Source: Chrysomallon squamiferum (lineage: Eukaryota; Animalia; Mollusca). From it: a stretch of 64,000 nt of DNA. Of this stretch, positions 37,421 to 53,102 are shown piece after piece. The stretch spans positions 186,001 through 250,000 of the forward strand of contig CM022667.1 in assembly GCA_012295275.1 (NCBI GenBank). The letters are read 5' to 3'. The position numbers were made by a program, and so were the translations under genes. Each line of letters opens with the position of its first letter. Position 1 is the first letter of the stretch. Below the pieces are notes generated by a model that saw only the letters and a list, made by a program, of their open reading frames with translations, made no database searches and was not told where the DNA came from.

Positions 37421-38875
37421 GGGGAGTCCGGTACAAAACACACCTCTCTCTATTTATTCAAGTCACCCTTGCATGGTCGCAGTGGTTGGAGATTTCACAA
37501 CACTGTACGTACTGTGTTAGTGTCAATAAACAAAATTTCTTATGTGAAGCGTCGAAGATTTTAATATACGGACACCGTTCGCGACGAAATAGAGATAAAT
37601 AAAAGACTTCCTTGTGTTAAGATGTTGGTGTGAAATATAAAGAAATACCTTATGGTTATTCATAATGTAGTGTGTTATGAGTGGTAGATTATTATAGTAT
37701 AATGATTATGCGTTTGTTATACAATGTGGTCGTGTATGAAACGTAATGTATGGTATATTATTACTGTATCATAATAATAATAATCGGTGTATTATAAAGA
37801 ATGATGATATCATATATACAAACACAAACAGACAAACAAACATACATATAAATACATACAACATATATATATATATATTCATACATATATTTTTATGTGT
37901 ATATAAAATTTTATATATATATATATGCCTATATATAATTTTAATACATGACGTTTTGGGTTATTTTCCCAATCTAGCCATACTCTCATGAATGGTGTTT
38001 ATTCATAATTTGTGGTATGTGGATTATAACTGGTAGATTATCACAATATCTTAATAATTATTTTCCTATTCCAACCTTGGTGTCATAACTGACTAATCAA
38101 AGAACTAGGCATGTCAGTTATGAATGATAGATAGTTAATTGTCTTGTTTCTTATATCTGACATAAATATTTTGTTAAACATACATGGATATTACTGATAA
38201 CAGTTCACACTCCATAGGTTAACCAGTTTCATACACTTATTTGATTTGATTTTTTTTATTGTCAAAGGTGGTATATGTTTCTCAGTTTGTTGCTGGCAAA
38301 GTCCATATTAAAAATAATAAAAATCACTTGATAATAGCAGCCTGAGGAATATTATTTAAATATTTATATATTTTATTAGAAATCCATTAAAGAAAAAAAA
38401 GAATTAAAAAAAAGATCTTAATGAAATATTCTTACGCATGTATTATTCATTCGTTTAATTATTCACAATATTTGAAAAGTCTTATTTATTTTAAAACTTT
38501 TATCTTTTTCTTCTAAAAGCATGGATGGATCTAGATAATTTAATCATGCAGTTAATATGCTTTTTTATTACCATGAAGGTGAGTTATGCAATATATAAAA
38601 TGGAGCATAACTGCAGCAATTAGCAAGTTCACTTCTGTCAATATATAGTGAAACACTGAACAGTATACAGCTGTATGATTGACTTAGTGTAACCCCTGCT
38701 TGAGTGTTTGAAGAAAAATATTTTAAAATTTATAAAGTCTACCTGTGAAGCCATCAGCAGTGAGTTTAAGTGTGTTGTGTTTGTGATAAAAGATATTTAT
38801 TTTAAATCTACTCAGCACCAGCTTTTGTTAAAATGTAAAATTAACATGAGTGTGTTATGTTCAGTGAGGCTAACA

Positions 38876-38970
<95 letters not shown>

Positions 38971-39244
38971 TTTTTATGTTTATGTTTAATCATATTTTTT
39001 TTTTTTTTCAAAATATCTTCTTGTACAGACACGTAAAATAATGTAGAAGTCTGAGTTTAATGTGTTTTCTTTTGATTTACGAAGTCCAGCTGTTCTTGTT
39101 TTTACAGTGTACAAAATGACATCAGAAATAAAAGGAACAACTACAGTTTATACAAACTGCACACACTTTTACAACAAAGCTTCATTAGACAGGTATCACA
39201 AAGAGAAGTCTTTGGTATATCAACTATAGGGCATTTATCAACCA

Positions 39245-39515
39245 CTTGGATTTGAAATTGCCAAACAAAAAGTGAGGACAGTTTAGAATTTGATATTACA
39301 GGGTGCATGCATTGGAATTTGAAATAATCATGAGAGCTTGGGTTGGAATGGAAAATAACCCAGACTGCACAGATTGGATTTGGAAAAAAACATGAGAGCA
39401 CAGCATCTAGAATTTGAAATTATTCAGCATGCATATGTTAAAATTTAAAATAATAATGGGAATACTGGTTGGAATTTGAAAAAAATATAGTCAGGAAATA
39501 ATAGAATTTGAAACT
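39245..39515. repeat. Degenerate ~32-bp tandem repeat with core ttggaatttgaaat
   Basis: About 9 regularly spaced cores. Confidence 0.65.
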
Positions 39516-39769
39516 GGGTACTATACATTAATGTGGTTTGATCCTGTGATTTTTTTTTTTTTTTTTTTAGTGCTGCCTGAGGCAAGCACTCTCTGAACCA
39601 CTGACAACCAGTTTCGAGTTCACAAGATGCCAGTCTTTGTATCTGCCACACTACACAGCTAGCAGTGAGCAAACTGGTATACGTTACACTTCAGAAAACA
39701 ACCTGCGTTTCTCCTAGACACTCATACCAGCTGCATCTTAGCCAGAAGAATGTATCAAGAGAACATAAA

Positions 39770-39925
39770 AAAAAATAAAAATTATTTTAAGGTATTAAAA
39801 ATATGTTGCTGATGCAACTAAAACATAAATGTCTTCGTTTTAATTCTTAAAAAATAAAAAAAATAAAAATTATTTTAAGGTATTAAAAATATGTTGCTGA
39901 TGCAGCTAAAACATAAATGTCTTCT
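39770..39925. repeat. Tandem duplication of ~70 bp
   Basis: aaaaattattttaaggtattaaaaatatgttgctgatgca(a/g)ctaaaacataaatgtcttc occurs twice. Confidence 0.9.
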
Positions 39926-40286
39926 TTTTAATATTTTTTTTAAAATTATTTTTATTTTATTTTATTTTATTTATTTATTTATTCTTCTATAAAAAGATCA
40001 TAATTAATTTAAAGTTTATTTTAAGGAAGAAAGGAAAAAAAGATTTATGATCCAGATTTAAAAAAAAAGAAAACCTTTCCTCTTTATCTCTAAAAATACA
40101 GCCCAATGATTGATTGGTTTCAACTTTTATGCTAACTTTATAACCTCATGAATTTAATAATAGCTGTTAATATAAAATAAGATGCTGGTATTAAAAAAAA
40201 AAATTAAAAAATGCTTTGATGTTTTAGTCTACAGATTCTGAAAAGAACAAGTATGTGCTTCCTCATTATAATAAATTCGTTTTTGC

Positions 40287-40317
<31 letters not shown>

Positions 40318-40464
40318 TTTAAATTCTCTGTATTTATTTTTGCAATTAATGTCTAAGCATGTTTGTCATGCAATAGAGACTGACTGAACATAAAATGTTA
40401 TAAATTTTAAAACTCAGCTTTAACTAAGCTATGAAATTATTTACAAAAACTTATAACACACATA

Positions 40465-40760
40465 GAGGATATCCATAATGTTTGGGATCTGAAAGTGTTT
40501 CAGATTCCAGAAATTTTTGGAATTTGGAATATAACAATACATTCTATAAAATTTCTAACTAAATCATTTAAAATTAACTTAAAAGGATTTGTTTTCCCAT
40601 TGAGTGCCTCATTAGATCGTGTACAGACAAGATAAAAACATTTTTTTTTTTTTTAAAGTGATATCTTACAGATTTTTTTTCTTTCCAGTCATCAGTTTTG
40701 GCATTAAATTAAACTCATTTTTCCTAGGAATTTTATAATTTTTGAAATTTGAATCTGTTA
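40465..40760 (-). mobile_element. Second, degraded Tigger-type MITE fragment in the opposite orientation
   Basis: tatccataatgtttgggatctgaaagtgtttcagattcc...tttggaatat is the reverse-complement counterpart of 35616-35678; the right boundary is uncertain. Confidence 0.5.
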
Positions 40761-42482
40761 CACAGCAAATAGACTTTAAATGAACAATTTAAAGGCAAAG
40801 ATCTTTGATAAAAAGACAAACTGAAAATAAGAAGTGTCTGTTGATCCTGAAGTCTCTTAAATTGTAAATGTTTGTAACTCATAATGCTGCAATATTAAAA
40901 CACACAAGCTTTTTAATAATTTTAAAATGTTATAATATTAAATGTTTAATTTATACAGATAACAATAACAATCATTAAATTTCACCTGTGGTGGTATGAA
41001 AAATCATTAAAAAAAAAAAAAAAAAAAAGTATTTTGTTTTTACTTTCAAGTTAGTATTTTATTTAATTAGACTGACCTATTATCATTAATAACAAAGTTT
41101 AATAATAAAACATTTGAACTCCTCAGTTTCACCCTTTTACAACTAGTCATTACATCATCAAACACAGCACAGACTGTCACCTGAGTCTTTCTCCTTCAGT
41201 GTTAATATAAACCAGAGCAAATTGATCTGCCATGTTTTTTTGTGACATCATGACTACAGAAGAAACAAAATGGCGGCACTAAGAGAACTATTAACTGTAC
41301 TCTCATGTTATTATACTTCATTATTAATAAAGATTGGGCAGCAAAAATGTGAATAAAATTTGAGTTGAAAGTATACTTCTTCAAATCACCAAAAGATACA
41401 CTTTAAACAGTGACACAGACACTAGACTTTATTTTTTCTAAAAAATAAATTAAAGAGTGTGATCCACCCAGACACACTAGTACACCTGTACCTATGAATT
41501 ACTTAAGTCATCTATTGTTTCAGAATGTTCTATATGTTGCTTACAATCTCAAAAAACAAAAACAAAACAAGAACAGCCCACCAGTTATTCATATGCTAAA
41601 TCTGAAATCTGAGTAACAAGGGTTTGTTAAATAGAAGGTTTACAATTATTATAGTTTTGACAGGTAAAATGTAAATGAAATAAAAGTTTTTAAAAAAGCT
41701 GAAAGCTGAAATTAATGGTGTCAGGACGACTTGAAGTTTTCGTTGTAATGATATGGGTAATCTGTTTTACAGGAACATTTTTGGTTTTTTTATTGTCAGT
41801 GAGAGAATTCATGCAGTTCTGCAGATCATTTTTTTTTTTTTTTAACCTTTTTGGTTTGAGATTTTTTATCTTCATAGAAAGAGCTTCAGTAACAGAAAAA
41901 TAAATAAGTAAGTAAATAAGTAAATAAACAACTAGATAAATAGAAGAAAAAAACCCTGTTTATATTAGTAGGTAAATAAACAAAATTAAGAAATAACATT
42001 TAATTAATAAAATAAAATAAGGACAAAAAATTAAATAATAACAAACAGCAAATAATCTAAAAATTAATAAAACTGAGAGTAAATTAAATGAAATGATGTA
42101 AAATACAAATAATAAAATATAATATAATTAAATAATAATAATTTGTTTTTTAAAAATGTAAAAAATATTTAAAAAAAATAAATACAAATAATAAAAAAAA
42201 AAATAATAATAAAAATAATAATAAAAAAAAAAAAAAAATAAAAAAATAAAAAACAGCCAAATTTTTAAATTAACAAATCTGAAATATTAATAACAATTTT
42301 AATTGATAACTTTTGTTATGAGCCGAACCTGTAATTCTCATGATGTGAGAGAGGAAACCTGCACCTAGCACTCCTTGGCCTGCATTCATTAAACCTGTGG
42401 AATGTTTATTATGCACCTTTCCCTGAACAGGAAAGAAAATAGAGCGATCATTGACATAGCTGCTTTTGACGTTGAAACAGGA

Positions 42483-42513
<31 letters not shown>

Positions 42514-42561
42514 TTTGTCTGTTTTTGTGCATATGAGCATATTGTGTGTGTATCAGTGTGT

Positions 42562-42602
<41 letters not shown>

Positions 42603-42722
42603 GTTGGTAATTTCAAAAGAACAGGTGGAGAAATGATTATAAAAATTCCAATGTTTCAAATATCAATATTATTTTTGCAAAGAGTATATAATTTGTGAAA
42701 TTATGTGCCCAAAATAAATAGA

Positions 42723-42753
<31 letters not shown>

Positions 42754-44429
42754 CACAAAAATGGTGAAATAAATTAAATATCATCTTATTTATGTAAATT
42801 TATAATTTAATTTGTATATTTTACCAGATTTTCTGAATGTTGTTCTTACAAATTAATTGAACAGACAGTTTAAAATTTAGTCTGCGTGAATTTTGGACAT
42901 GGGAGAGTCAACCTAGACAGGTTTAAAAACATTTTTTTTTTAATTTGGTGATGTTTGAGCATATTGTTTGATTTCACACCTGTCAGAAATGTAAAACATA
43001 TATACTGCATATTCTGAAAGTAGAACAAAATGGCAGATATGTTCTTTAACACACTTATGCAGTAGAACAATCAAAATATTATCTTTGATTTTAACTTAAA
43101 AAAGGCTTTAAACTTTTTCCCCCAGACGAATGTTATGGAGGGTTCATGTGTGTAGATTTGCTATAAAGTTAACATATACTGATTTCCAATCAGTTCAAGA
43201 ATTTTGAATTTTTAAAAAATTTCTCGTGAATCTATTACAGACTGATTTGACAGCATTGATGTGAGTGTTGAGTCATCAAATTGTCTGAAAATTATTTTGA
43301 CCTCCGGATAAAATGCTGAGCTCTTTTCTGAAACTTGGGCAATAGCAGTAATACAGTATTTCTTTTAACACTCCTTTTTATTTATTAATCTGTCAATGGC
43401 CAAAACTGTTGCAGGTGAAATACTATTTCAAATAACACCATTTTAAACTGTAAAGATGCAATTATGAAAAAAAAACATATTTGTCCTTTAGAATGAAGTG
43501 TCGATAAACCTTTAATTAATTCATACATTTTTTATCTTTATAGTATAACATACTGGCTAACATTCTACAAATAGTTAATTAATTAGCAATATGATGGCAT
43601 CATTATAATTTAAGCAGTTTATCAATTAGATTTAAAAAAACAGGGTAAGATCTGTTGCACATATGAATAAAATTCCTCAAATTAAATTAATTGGCTAGAA
43701 GAATAAGTTTCTTTCAAGTGTATTTATAATGTTATTACTACAACACAAGTCAAAACAGGCAATTAAAATAAAACTTATTATTCAGGCAATTCTTAAGAAA
43801 ACATAAAGAAAACTGACATTCAGAATTACACTTAATACTAACCTTACCTCGTTTTATAAATGTTACTGAATGGAAAAGCATTTTTCACAGAAACAGTTCT
43901 GAACTTAGAGGTTCCAAATTATATTCAGTTTAAAATCTTAAAACGTAATAAATAAATTGTGTGACATATTATTACTGATGAACCTAACATTCCATATGCT
44001 TAGAAGGCAAATGTCAAAAGTTTATGGCTGAAACAAGACACAGTTTTTTGTTTTGTTTCTGAATGGAATGCCAGTGAGATTCAGAGAAGATGGTTTTACT
44101 GAACTAACATTTTGTAATGTAGGAGTGGTCAGAGATACACAGAAAATACAGAAATATGTAGACATTTGTAGATAAAACTGTTTAGTAAACTTTTACCTAC
44201 ATCTGTTTTTTATTTTATTTTATGATTATTAACATATTAATGTTAATAATGCTATTACTGATAGTAATTAAACAATAATGGTGATGACAATGATGATGAT
44301 AATAATAATAATAATAATAACAATAATAATAATAATGATGATAATAACAAAACAATAATAATAATGTTAATAATAATGATAACAATAAATATAATCAATC
44401 ATAATAATAAAATGATAATTAAATAATAA

Positions 44430-44465
<36 letters not shown>

Positions 44466-45687
44466 ACTAAGTATGACAATAAATTTAACAAAATCATAGT
44501 AAAAATATAATAATAATAATAATCATAATAATTTTGGCAGCAGTAACAATTATGACAATAATAATAAAAATTATTACATTAGTAATAATAATAAAAGAAA
44601 TAAACAAAAAGGAATACAAATTCAACACTAACTGAACATTTTATTCTTTACTGGCTTTTTTTATACAACAATGCAACTACATACAACAATTACAAGTTAA
44701 AAATACAGTTATTACTGTAACAGCAAAAGGCAAAAATTATTGAGTTTGAATTTTACTAGATCAAAATGTTTCATATTGTTTAATGGCTAGAAAGAACAAC
44801 AAAAAATTATAAATTTTGATTGAAAATAATTTATTGATTTTTGGTACAATATGTAGTTCTAATTACTGATAATTAATTTTTGTTATTGCTTTTTTTTTCC
44901 TTTTTTTTTGGCCCCCCCCTAGAGATCATTAATTTGTAATTCCTTGTTTAGCTTTTCCATGATGATGGTGATGACTGACTGACAGTAATGATGATGATGA
45001 TGATGAATATGAGGCATAAAATGATGATGACTGATAATGATTACAATGATAAACAGATTGAAATGATAATGATGAAAATGGACATCGATAATGATGATTA
45101 ATAATAACACTAATGATGGTTATGATGATGACACTGAAGTTGTCAGTCTTAAATGATGATGATGTACAAATTAAATGATATTACGAACATATACTGATAA
45201 TTACTGACAATGATACCTATGACATGATTAAAAATATACAAAATCTTTTTTCTTAATTTTATTCAATTTGATAGTAAAATCAGGTTTCAAATTTCAAATT
45301 TCAGTTACAATATTTTTTCTATCCATTAACAAACACTTTGAGGTAAAACAGATAAAAAAAAAAAAAAAAAAAAAAAAAAGAAATCGAAAAAAGAACTATA
45401 CAATGAGAATTTAAAACTTTTTTTTTTTAAATTCTTCATTTTAACACAAAAACAAAAAATAATAGTAATAAAATAAAATAAAATAAAATAAGCAAATAAA
45501 TAAATTAAAATAAAAAATCTTGATGAAAATGGATGCTAAATTATTAAAATTGTTGTAACTTCAAGGAACCCTAGAGAGAATTAAAAACTTTAAAACTTCT
45601 CGATGAAAAGACTTACTGTAATAAATAACTTATTCACAAAAATGCAGCTGGACTGAAAAAATGTTCCATTTCAACATACTTTATTTA

Positions 45688-45733
<46 letters not shown>

Positions 45734-45859
45734 TGTTACAGCAGCTTAGTGGATTTGTAATACAGATGAAACAGCAGGAGGTCCAAAATGTCTGGATTCA
45801 TGAAAGAAAATTTCTGTCTCGGTATTCTGCTGATCCAAAAACACCTTTCTCAAACACAG

Positions 45860-46640
45860 TCAGACGTTTCACAAATATGAATGTTCAAAAAGATGCTAAT
45901 TCTGCTCAACATATATATTTTTGATGGTTTTATTAGCATATAGCTGGAGACTCATAAGAAAAGTGATTTGTTGTCACGTTGTCCTATGTCAAATACAGTA
46001 AAAATTAACATATGTGAATATTCATAATATTCTAATTTTGCTTAACCTGTATTGTCTGGTGGCATTATAAACATATAAGAAAATACGGTTTGCTGCAACT
46101 TTCATTAAGGTCAATCCAATATGTCAGATAGAGTGAAATAAATATATTTGCAAATATGAATATTCATAATATACTAATTCTGCTTAACTTATAATTTCTG
46201 GTGGGGTCATAAGCATCTACATTGATTTGTAAGAAAAATTATCTGCTGCCTTCAAATGCCACTTATATCAATCCATTATCATGTATCAAATTTAATGACA
46301 CATTAATATGAATATTCATAATATGCAAATATTTCTTAATCTTAGTTTTGTAATGGTTTTCATAACATGAATGGTAAGAAAAGCCAACTGCTGTCTTATA
46401 TTATTTTAGTGTTCATCCTATACATTATGTCAAAGACAAAGAAACATACAAACAAACATGAATATTTAAAATGTGCAAATATATTTCTAAGTTTTGTTAA
46501 TGGTGTTCCTAACATGTGGTTGATAAGAAACATCAGTTGTGTTCTTGTATCATTATCTCATAAATTATGTCAAAGACATAGAAAACATTATTAACAAACA
46601 TGAATATTTATAATATGTTAATGGTGCCTTAATTCAGGTC
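45860..46640. repeat. Degenerate ~145-bp tandem repeat with core ATGAATATTCAT
   Basis: Cores at about 45877, 46014, 46156, 46308, 46458 and 46600; a solo copy at 47017. Confidence 0.75.
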
Positions 46641-47149
46641 TAGAAGTATTCTGAAGATATATTTAATTGAGAGGTTCCAGGTGATCAAGATAAACAGATA
46701 CACAGAAGAGAAATGAGTGATATTTTATTAATTTCTTTTTTAAACTGATTCTAGTTTTCAAACACCCTGCATAAATTCTTATATTTTTCCAATTTTTAAA
46801 ACTCTTCATCAGAATAAAATCTCTTTGTCTAAATGAAACAGGTGAATACGAAACTGAAAAAGTATGCAGCAAATTGAATTTTTTTATATTTAAAAAAAAA
46901 AAGTTTTTTTAAAATATATAAATAATCCACACTAATTAAATAACCATTAAAAGGATTGAGTATTCGTCAACAATATACATACTTAATCATAAAGCGAAAT
47001 AAATATATTTTCCATTATGAATATTCATAATATGCTAATTCATAATGATATGCTGGAGTGTGTCAAAGCGTGTCATGCATGGTTGCATCTCTTCAGTATG
47101 ACCACATTTTTTCTTACCAGTTTTCAAACAAAACATTAAACAACTGCCT

Positions 47150-47400
47150 GTATAACTGGAATTATTCTAACACTGTCAATTCCACTTTTTGACAGTCTGT
47201 GGTTGGATTGTGAAAAACCACTGGAATTATTGTCCATTCCAGTTTTTAACAGTCTGTGGTTGTATTGGGAAAAGTAACTTGAATTATTGTCACTTCTTCT
47301 GTTTAACAGTATCTGGTTAGATCAGGATATTAACTGGAATTATTGTTAATTCCTGTTTTTAACAATCTCAAGCTGAATATTTGGTTGGATTGGGAAAAAA
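47150..47400. repeat. Degenerate ~58-bp tandem repeat (actggaattattgtc...aacagtctgtggttggattg)
   Basis: Four diverged copies visible. Confidence 0.8.
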
Positions 47401-47834
47401 TGTAAATAAAATTTTATCTTCAGCAATTGCTAATGGTTGTAATTATGACTGGACTAGGTGAGAATATTTTTTTTTTATTATATTTATTTATTTGTTATCT
47501 GCAATACAATGACTGGTGTAAGTTTAGATACAAATGGCACTTGACAAAAATATATACAAAAGATTGTTGAAATAATAATAATAACAATAATAATAATAGA
47601 TAAATAATATATAATAATAAATAATAATAATAAATAAATAATACTTAATAATAACAAAATCACAAATTAAAAACATTAATAAATGCAATGATAATAATAA
47701 ATAACAATAATAATAAAAAAAAATAATGAAACAAAAATGAAAAAGCTCCACAGCAATAATAATTGATGATAATAACAAATAAAAAAAAAATTAATATAAT
47801 AATAAATAATCACTTTTAATAATTAAAAATATCT

Positions 47835-47994
47835 TCACAAACAAATGGTACAGGAGGTCTGTTTCATGGCATTGTAAATAAATGTGTTGTTGAAGGGCAG
47901 AAATTGTCCGGTGATGATTTTGATCACCTCCTGGGCAGCCACTCCGCCCATGAATGCAGACACAGTGTGCAGTTCAGAGGCCCCATACCTGCAC
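47835..47994 (-). CDS. NAE1: NAE1 terminal exon ([52 protein letters not shown])
   Basis: Acceptor attcag, phase 2; TGA at 47837-47835. Confidence 0.97.
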
Positions 47995-48021
47995 CTGAAT
48001 AATAACAACAACAACAACAAC

Positions 48022-48053
<32 letters not shown>

Positions 48054-50481
48054 CAACAACAACAACAATAATAATGATGATGATGATGATGATGATGGCA
48101 ATAACAATAACAATAAAAAATAACAAATAATAATGGTAATAATAATAATAATAACAACAACAATAACAATGATGATCATGACAACGATGACAATAACAAT
48201 AAATAATAACAGAAATAATAATGGTAATAATAATAATAATAATAATAAATGAATAATAATAGTTATAGAACAATAATAGCAATAGCAATAATATTAATAA
48301 AAATAATGATAGTAATAACAATAATAACAACAATAATAATAATGACAATAATGATGATAAAATTATAACAATAATCGTACTAGTAATAATAGCAGCCACT
48401 TTGTGGTCATAGTGATATGATTATTACTATTATTATTATTAATAATAATATATTAATAATGGTCATGTTGTAGTCATCATTATCGAAGGGCTGTCTATAG
48501 CACAAGTAGCATTAGAAGTCATAGTTCAAAACAAACTGTTCTACTACACTTTTAATATATTAGTAAAATACAACATATAATATTAATAACAACTTAAAAA
48601 AAAATATAAATAATTACATATTTAATATGCCTGCACACACACACACACACACACACTTATGTATGGTGAGTGTAAATACGTAGACAGAAGAACTTACATT
48701 TCATGTACATAATCATCTTTAACTGTTGGTGTTAAACCCCAGTCATGGAGAACTCTGCAGACACAAGTCTAGAAATATAAAACACAGCCTAACAGTGTGA
48801 AATTAAAATAATAAAACAGAATTTTAGAAAAACAAAATTATTATTATTTTTTTTTTTTTTTTAATGTAATATTAATAACAAGGTTTCAATATTGTGAATT
48901 GAGTTACAGTATCATAAAAAAAATGAAAAATTTTAAATTATTTTTGTTTTCTGTTTTTAAAATGGAAAATGATTTTGATATAATAATAGACTGACTTTTT
49001 GAATTGCCACTTAAATTAACAGAAACAGACAGACAAACAAAATAACTGGACTTAATTCTTACGTAATCCTGTTATTTACAAACACAGTTTAAATCTTCTT
49101 AACCTGACAGAACAACAGCTTGGCAGATTAATTAAAAACTCTGTTACTCAAGATGAACAATCTCACCTTGACATCCGCTGTGTTTTTCTTTTTTCATTTT
49201 ATTTTAAAAATTAGAAACTTAATTTAAAAGTTGAAGAAATACAAACACAGGTGCACACAAGAGAAGTTGTCTAAACCAGGAAATTCAAAACAAAACAAAA
49301 AAAACAGAAAAAAGAAAAGAAGAAAGTTAACTAATAACAGGATAGAAAATACCAATTTCTTCTTTTTTTAAAATTTTTATTTTTTAAAAAACATTTTAAC
49401 ACAAAATTAAAAAAAAAAAAGTGACATTTAAAGTAAACTGTACTATCTACATGTTTCTATTTTTGATTACAAAAATCTTCTTTTCTAGCTTACCTTCAGT
49501 TTGGCAACATCAGCTTCTACCTGGTCGTTATACCAGCCTGGATAACGATTAAATTCCTCATAAAATTTGTCGACAGCTCGCAGCATCACGTAAAACACAA
49601 CATCATCACCTTCTTCATCTTCCAAATGCATTCCTGTGTATAAATAATAACAATAATGGTGGTAATGATGATGATGACAATGAATGATGATAATGCTGAT
49701 AATAAATATAGCAAAAATTATGATGACAATGATGATGATGAAGATAATAATTACAGTGAAAAATTATACAACAGAAGAAGACAGAATAAGTATCATTTCT
49801 TTACCACAGTACACACATACACACACACAGACATGCGTACACACCAACACATACACACACACACACACACACATACACACACACATACACATACACACAC
49901 ACACACAACAGAGTAAATTAACATTTACTTTTGCTATTTTAAAACATAGTCTAAAATATATTCTGCACACATATTCTGAAGTGGTACACTGAAACATATT
50001 GTAACTGCACTACAGTTAGTTACTTACAAACGAAGGCTCACTGAAAGAAAATAAAATAATAATTTGGAAATATAAAGAATGTTTTTAGACCATCTGTTCA
50101 TACCACTACATTTATTATTATTATTATTTTTTTTTTTAAATCACTCACCAATCTCCTGTGTGTTTGCTTTTGTGTTGTCATATTCATCATGCAAACTCCT
50201 GCATCGTATGACTCTCAGAAACGCTGCATTGTGACCTGTGTGAATGTTTTAAATTATTTCTTGACTGCTCTCTCTATATATAATATCATCAGTTACACAT
50301 TTCAGGTTAATTTTAAATTGGTTTATCATATAGAATATCATTATTATTGCTTTGCAAATAAATTCAAAATGGTTTTATCGTATAGAATAGCATTATTACT
50401 GCATTTCAGATAAATTTTAAATTGTTTTATCATATAGTGTATTATGATTATTGCATTTCAGATAAATCCCTAAATAATAAC

Positions 50482-50526
<45 letters not shown>

Positions 50527-51339
50527 TCAAGCAAATAAAACATGATTGTGAATAAAAATAATCACACATACAAAGAAAAAAGAAAAAAGAAAACAGGAGA
50601 AAAACAAATCCAAGGTATTCCAGGTTGAGAAACTCATCTCAAATTACAAATTAGAGAACCTGTTTTCAAACAGTCAGGATAATGACAGCTTAGTTACGAA
50701 ATCAAAAAATCCTGAAACTGGAGAAATATAACGCCACAAATAATTCACACAAAAAAACCCTAAAAAAACTATAATTATTTTTATGTTTTATTAGTAATTT
50801 TTCATTATATTTTATTTAATTCAATACATATATTTATTATTAAAGTTTTTAAAATTACTTACATAATCATACACATACATACTTGCATACATATGGATGC
50901 ATACTCAAACAGACATACATTTTAAAGTGAATGTTTTTACATTCCACACCAATTAATAAAAAAAGATTTATATATAAAAAAAAAACAAAAAACGTCCTCT
51001 ATTCTTTAAAATAATAATAATTATTATTATTATTCTGACATACACAATATTAAAGTTTACTTACAGAATGCCTTGATATCACCGTCAGTAATGATTTCTG
51101 TTACCTGCAAAGAGAACCGAATAAGGTATAATAAAAACAACAATTTGTAAATATTATCAAAATCATCAAGAGTATCAGTTAAACAGAATTCAAAATAAAA
51201 AATAGTTAAAAATGTATTAAGATAAAATGTGAGGTATGTGGTTTGGAGATTTCTGTTTTGTATCATGTTTCTACATATGTAGCCATTTTTATATTTGGTG
51301 TGACTCTCTGAGGTTAAGAAAAATAATGAAAGAGACAGC

Positions 51340-51383
<44 letters not shown>

Positions 51384-52136
51384 TGTGTATATGAATATGC
51401 TGGCTGAAAGTGGAAAATTATCTCAAAAACAAACTTGCAATTATAAAACTTTTGTTTATAAAGAATTACAATTAACAACAAAATAAATTTTATGTAACAT
51501 AAAAATACAAACATCATCAAACATTGAGCAGAATAATGAATAATATGTTTTGAACTAAATAGATGAGGTCAGTGTATTAAATGAAATTAACTAGTCTATG
51601 TATTATGTGAAATATACTATTGTAATTAATTTACGTTTTGTATATATTATTAAGATATTAGATACTCTACTCGTTATAAATATATAATCAAAATTTAATT
51701 TTAAAAATATCTAAATGTAAGTGATAATAATAAGAACTAATCTCTTTGGATAAAATGATAGATTAAAGGAGAACAAGTTATTATTGATGTAAAAATTACA
51801 AAAGTATGATATGCATTTGACAGAGAAAGGGAGCGAGAAAAAGCGAAAGAGAATGTTCAAATTTCACAAACATTTAGTGATACAATCTTTTTAAAAATGA
51901 AATCTATCTTTTTAATGTAACCAACAAATTATGATTATATATTTGCAGTAGTTATATTATTTGAGGTAAGTTAATAAATATTTATTAGGATAATTATTAA
52001 TATAATTATACATTCTTCAAGCGAATTTGCATTTTACGAGCAAAACATTACCACAGAATAAAAATAAAACTTTATTTTCACCATAATAATGTAGGACACA
52101 TTTTCTATATAGCTGTCTATTTCATCTTATAAGATT

Positions 52137-52178
<42 letters not shown>

Positions 52179-52848
52179 GATGTACGTCTTTTTATTTCAT
52201 TGTGTGTATGTTCTGTGACTGTATGTGTATGTATATATATATATATTCTGTTACTGAGATTTCACTGAAAAATAAAAGTAACAGTTTATAAACAAATATT
52301 GTAAGCCATTTCACTGTGCATCAGATCCAGGATAGCATGCATAGGATGCAGATTAATATTTGCTGAGGACTCAGTGTTAAAAAATAAAAAAACACAGGAC
52401 ATGCAGCAGTTTTAACCCTTTCTGTGCTGTGGCCATTTTATTTTATTTTATTTTATTTCAGTTTATTTATTTATTTACTTATTATTATCATTATTTTAAT
52501 GGAGACAAATATTCAAGCATGCATTTCATGGGCAAATCCTCTAATGTGGCATAGGTATGTCAAAGACAATACATTTTGTTAAACTGTTAAATACTGAAGA
52601 TTATATGCCTTGACTTTTTCTGTCCAACGAAATCCTATTGATTATGTATTTAAGAAACTGGTATTTATTTATTTAAAATATATACTTCATAAACTCACAT
52701 TATATTCATGGTATCTCAATAAAAAAGAAAGTATTTCGATGGTAATGGAATAACAAAATATTGTAACCAGTATAAACCTTGTTCAGTATAAAAAAAAGTA
52801 ATATGGTGATAATGGTGTATATGTTGGTTGTCACAATATGATGATATG

Positions 52849-52934
<86 letters not shown>

Positions 52935-53066
52935 AGGTTACACTTGTTTGTATTTTCTTTGTGTTTAGTCAAATTGATTCTTGCTGAAAAAAACAGAAAC
53001 ATTTAAAAAACTGAATAATTATGTTTTCTGAAAGGAAAAAAATTATATAACAGGGTATATTATCTC

Positions 53067-53102
<36 letters not shown>

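Noticed and set aside
39570-39590. GC-rich hairpin GTGCTGCCTGAGGCAAGCAC beside a T-run as a terminator or Helitron end
   Set aside because: Intrinsic terminators do not apply to this eukaryotic context, and I found no matching Helitron/Helentron 5' end.
41243-41277. TGACATCA plus a perfect YY1 motif CAAAATGGCGGC as a gene start
   Set aside because: The ORF closes quickly and there is no nearby donor; an isolated motif is insufficient.
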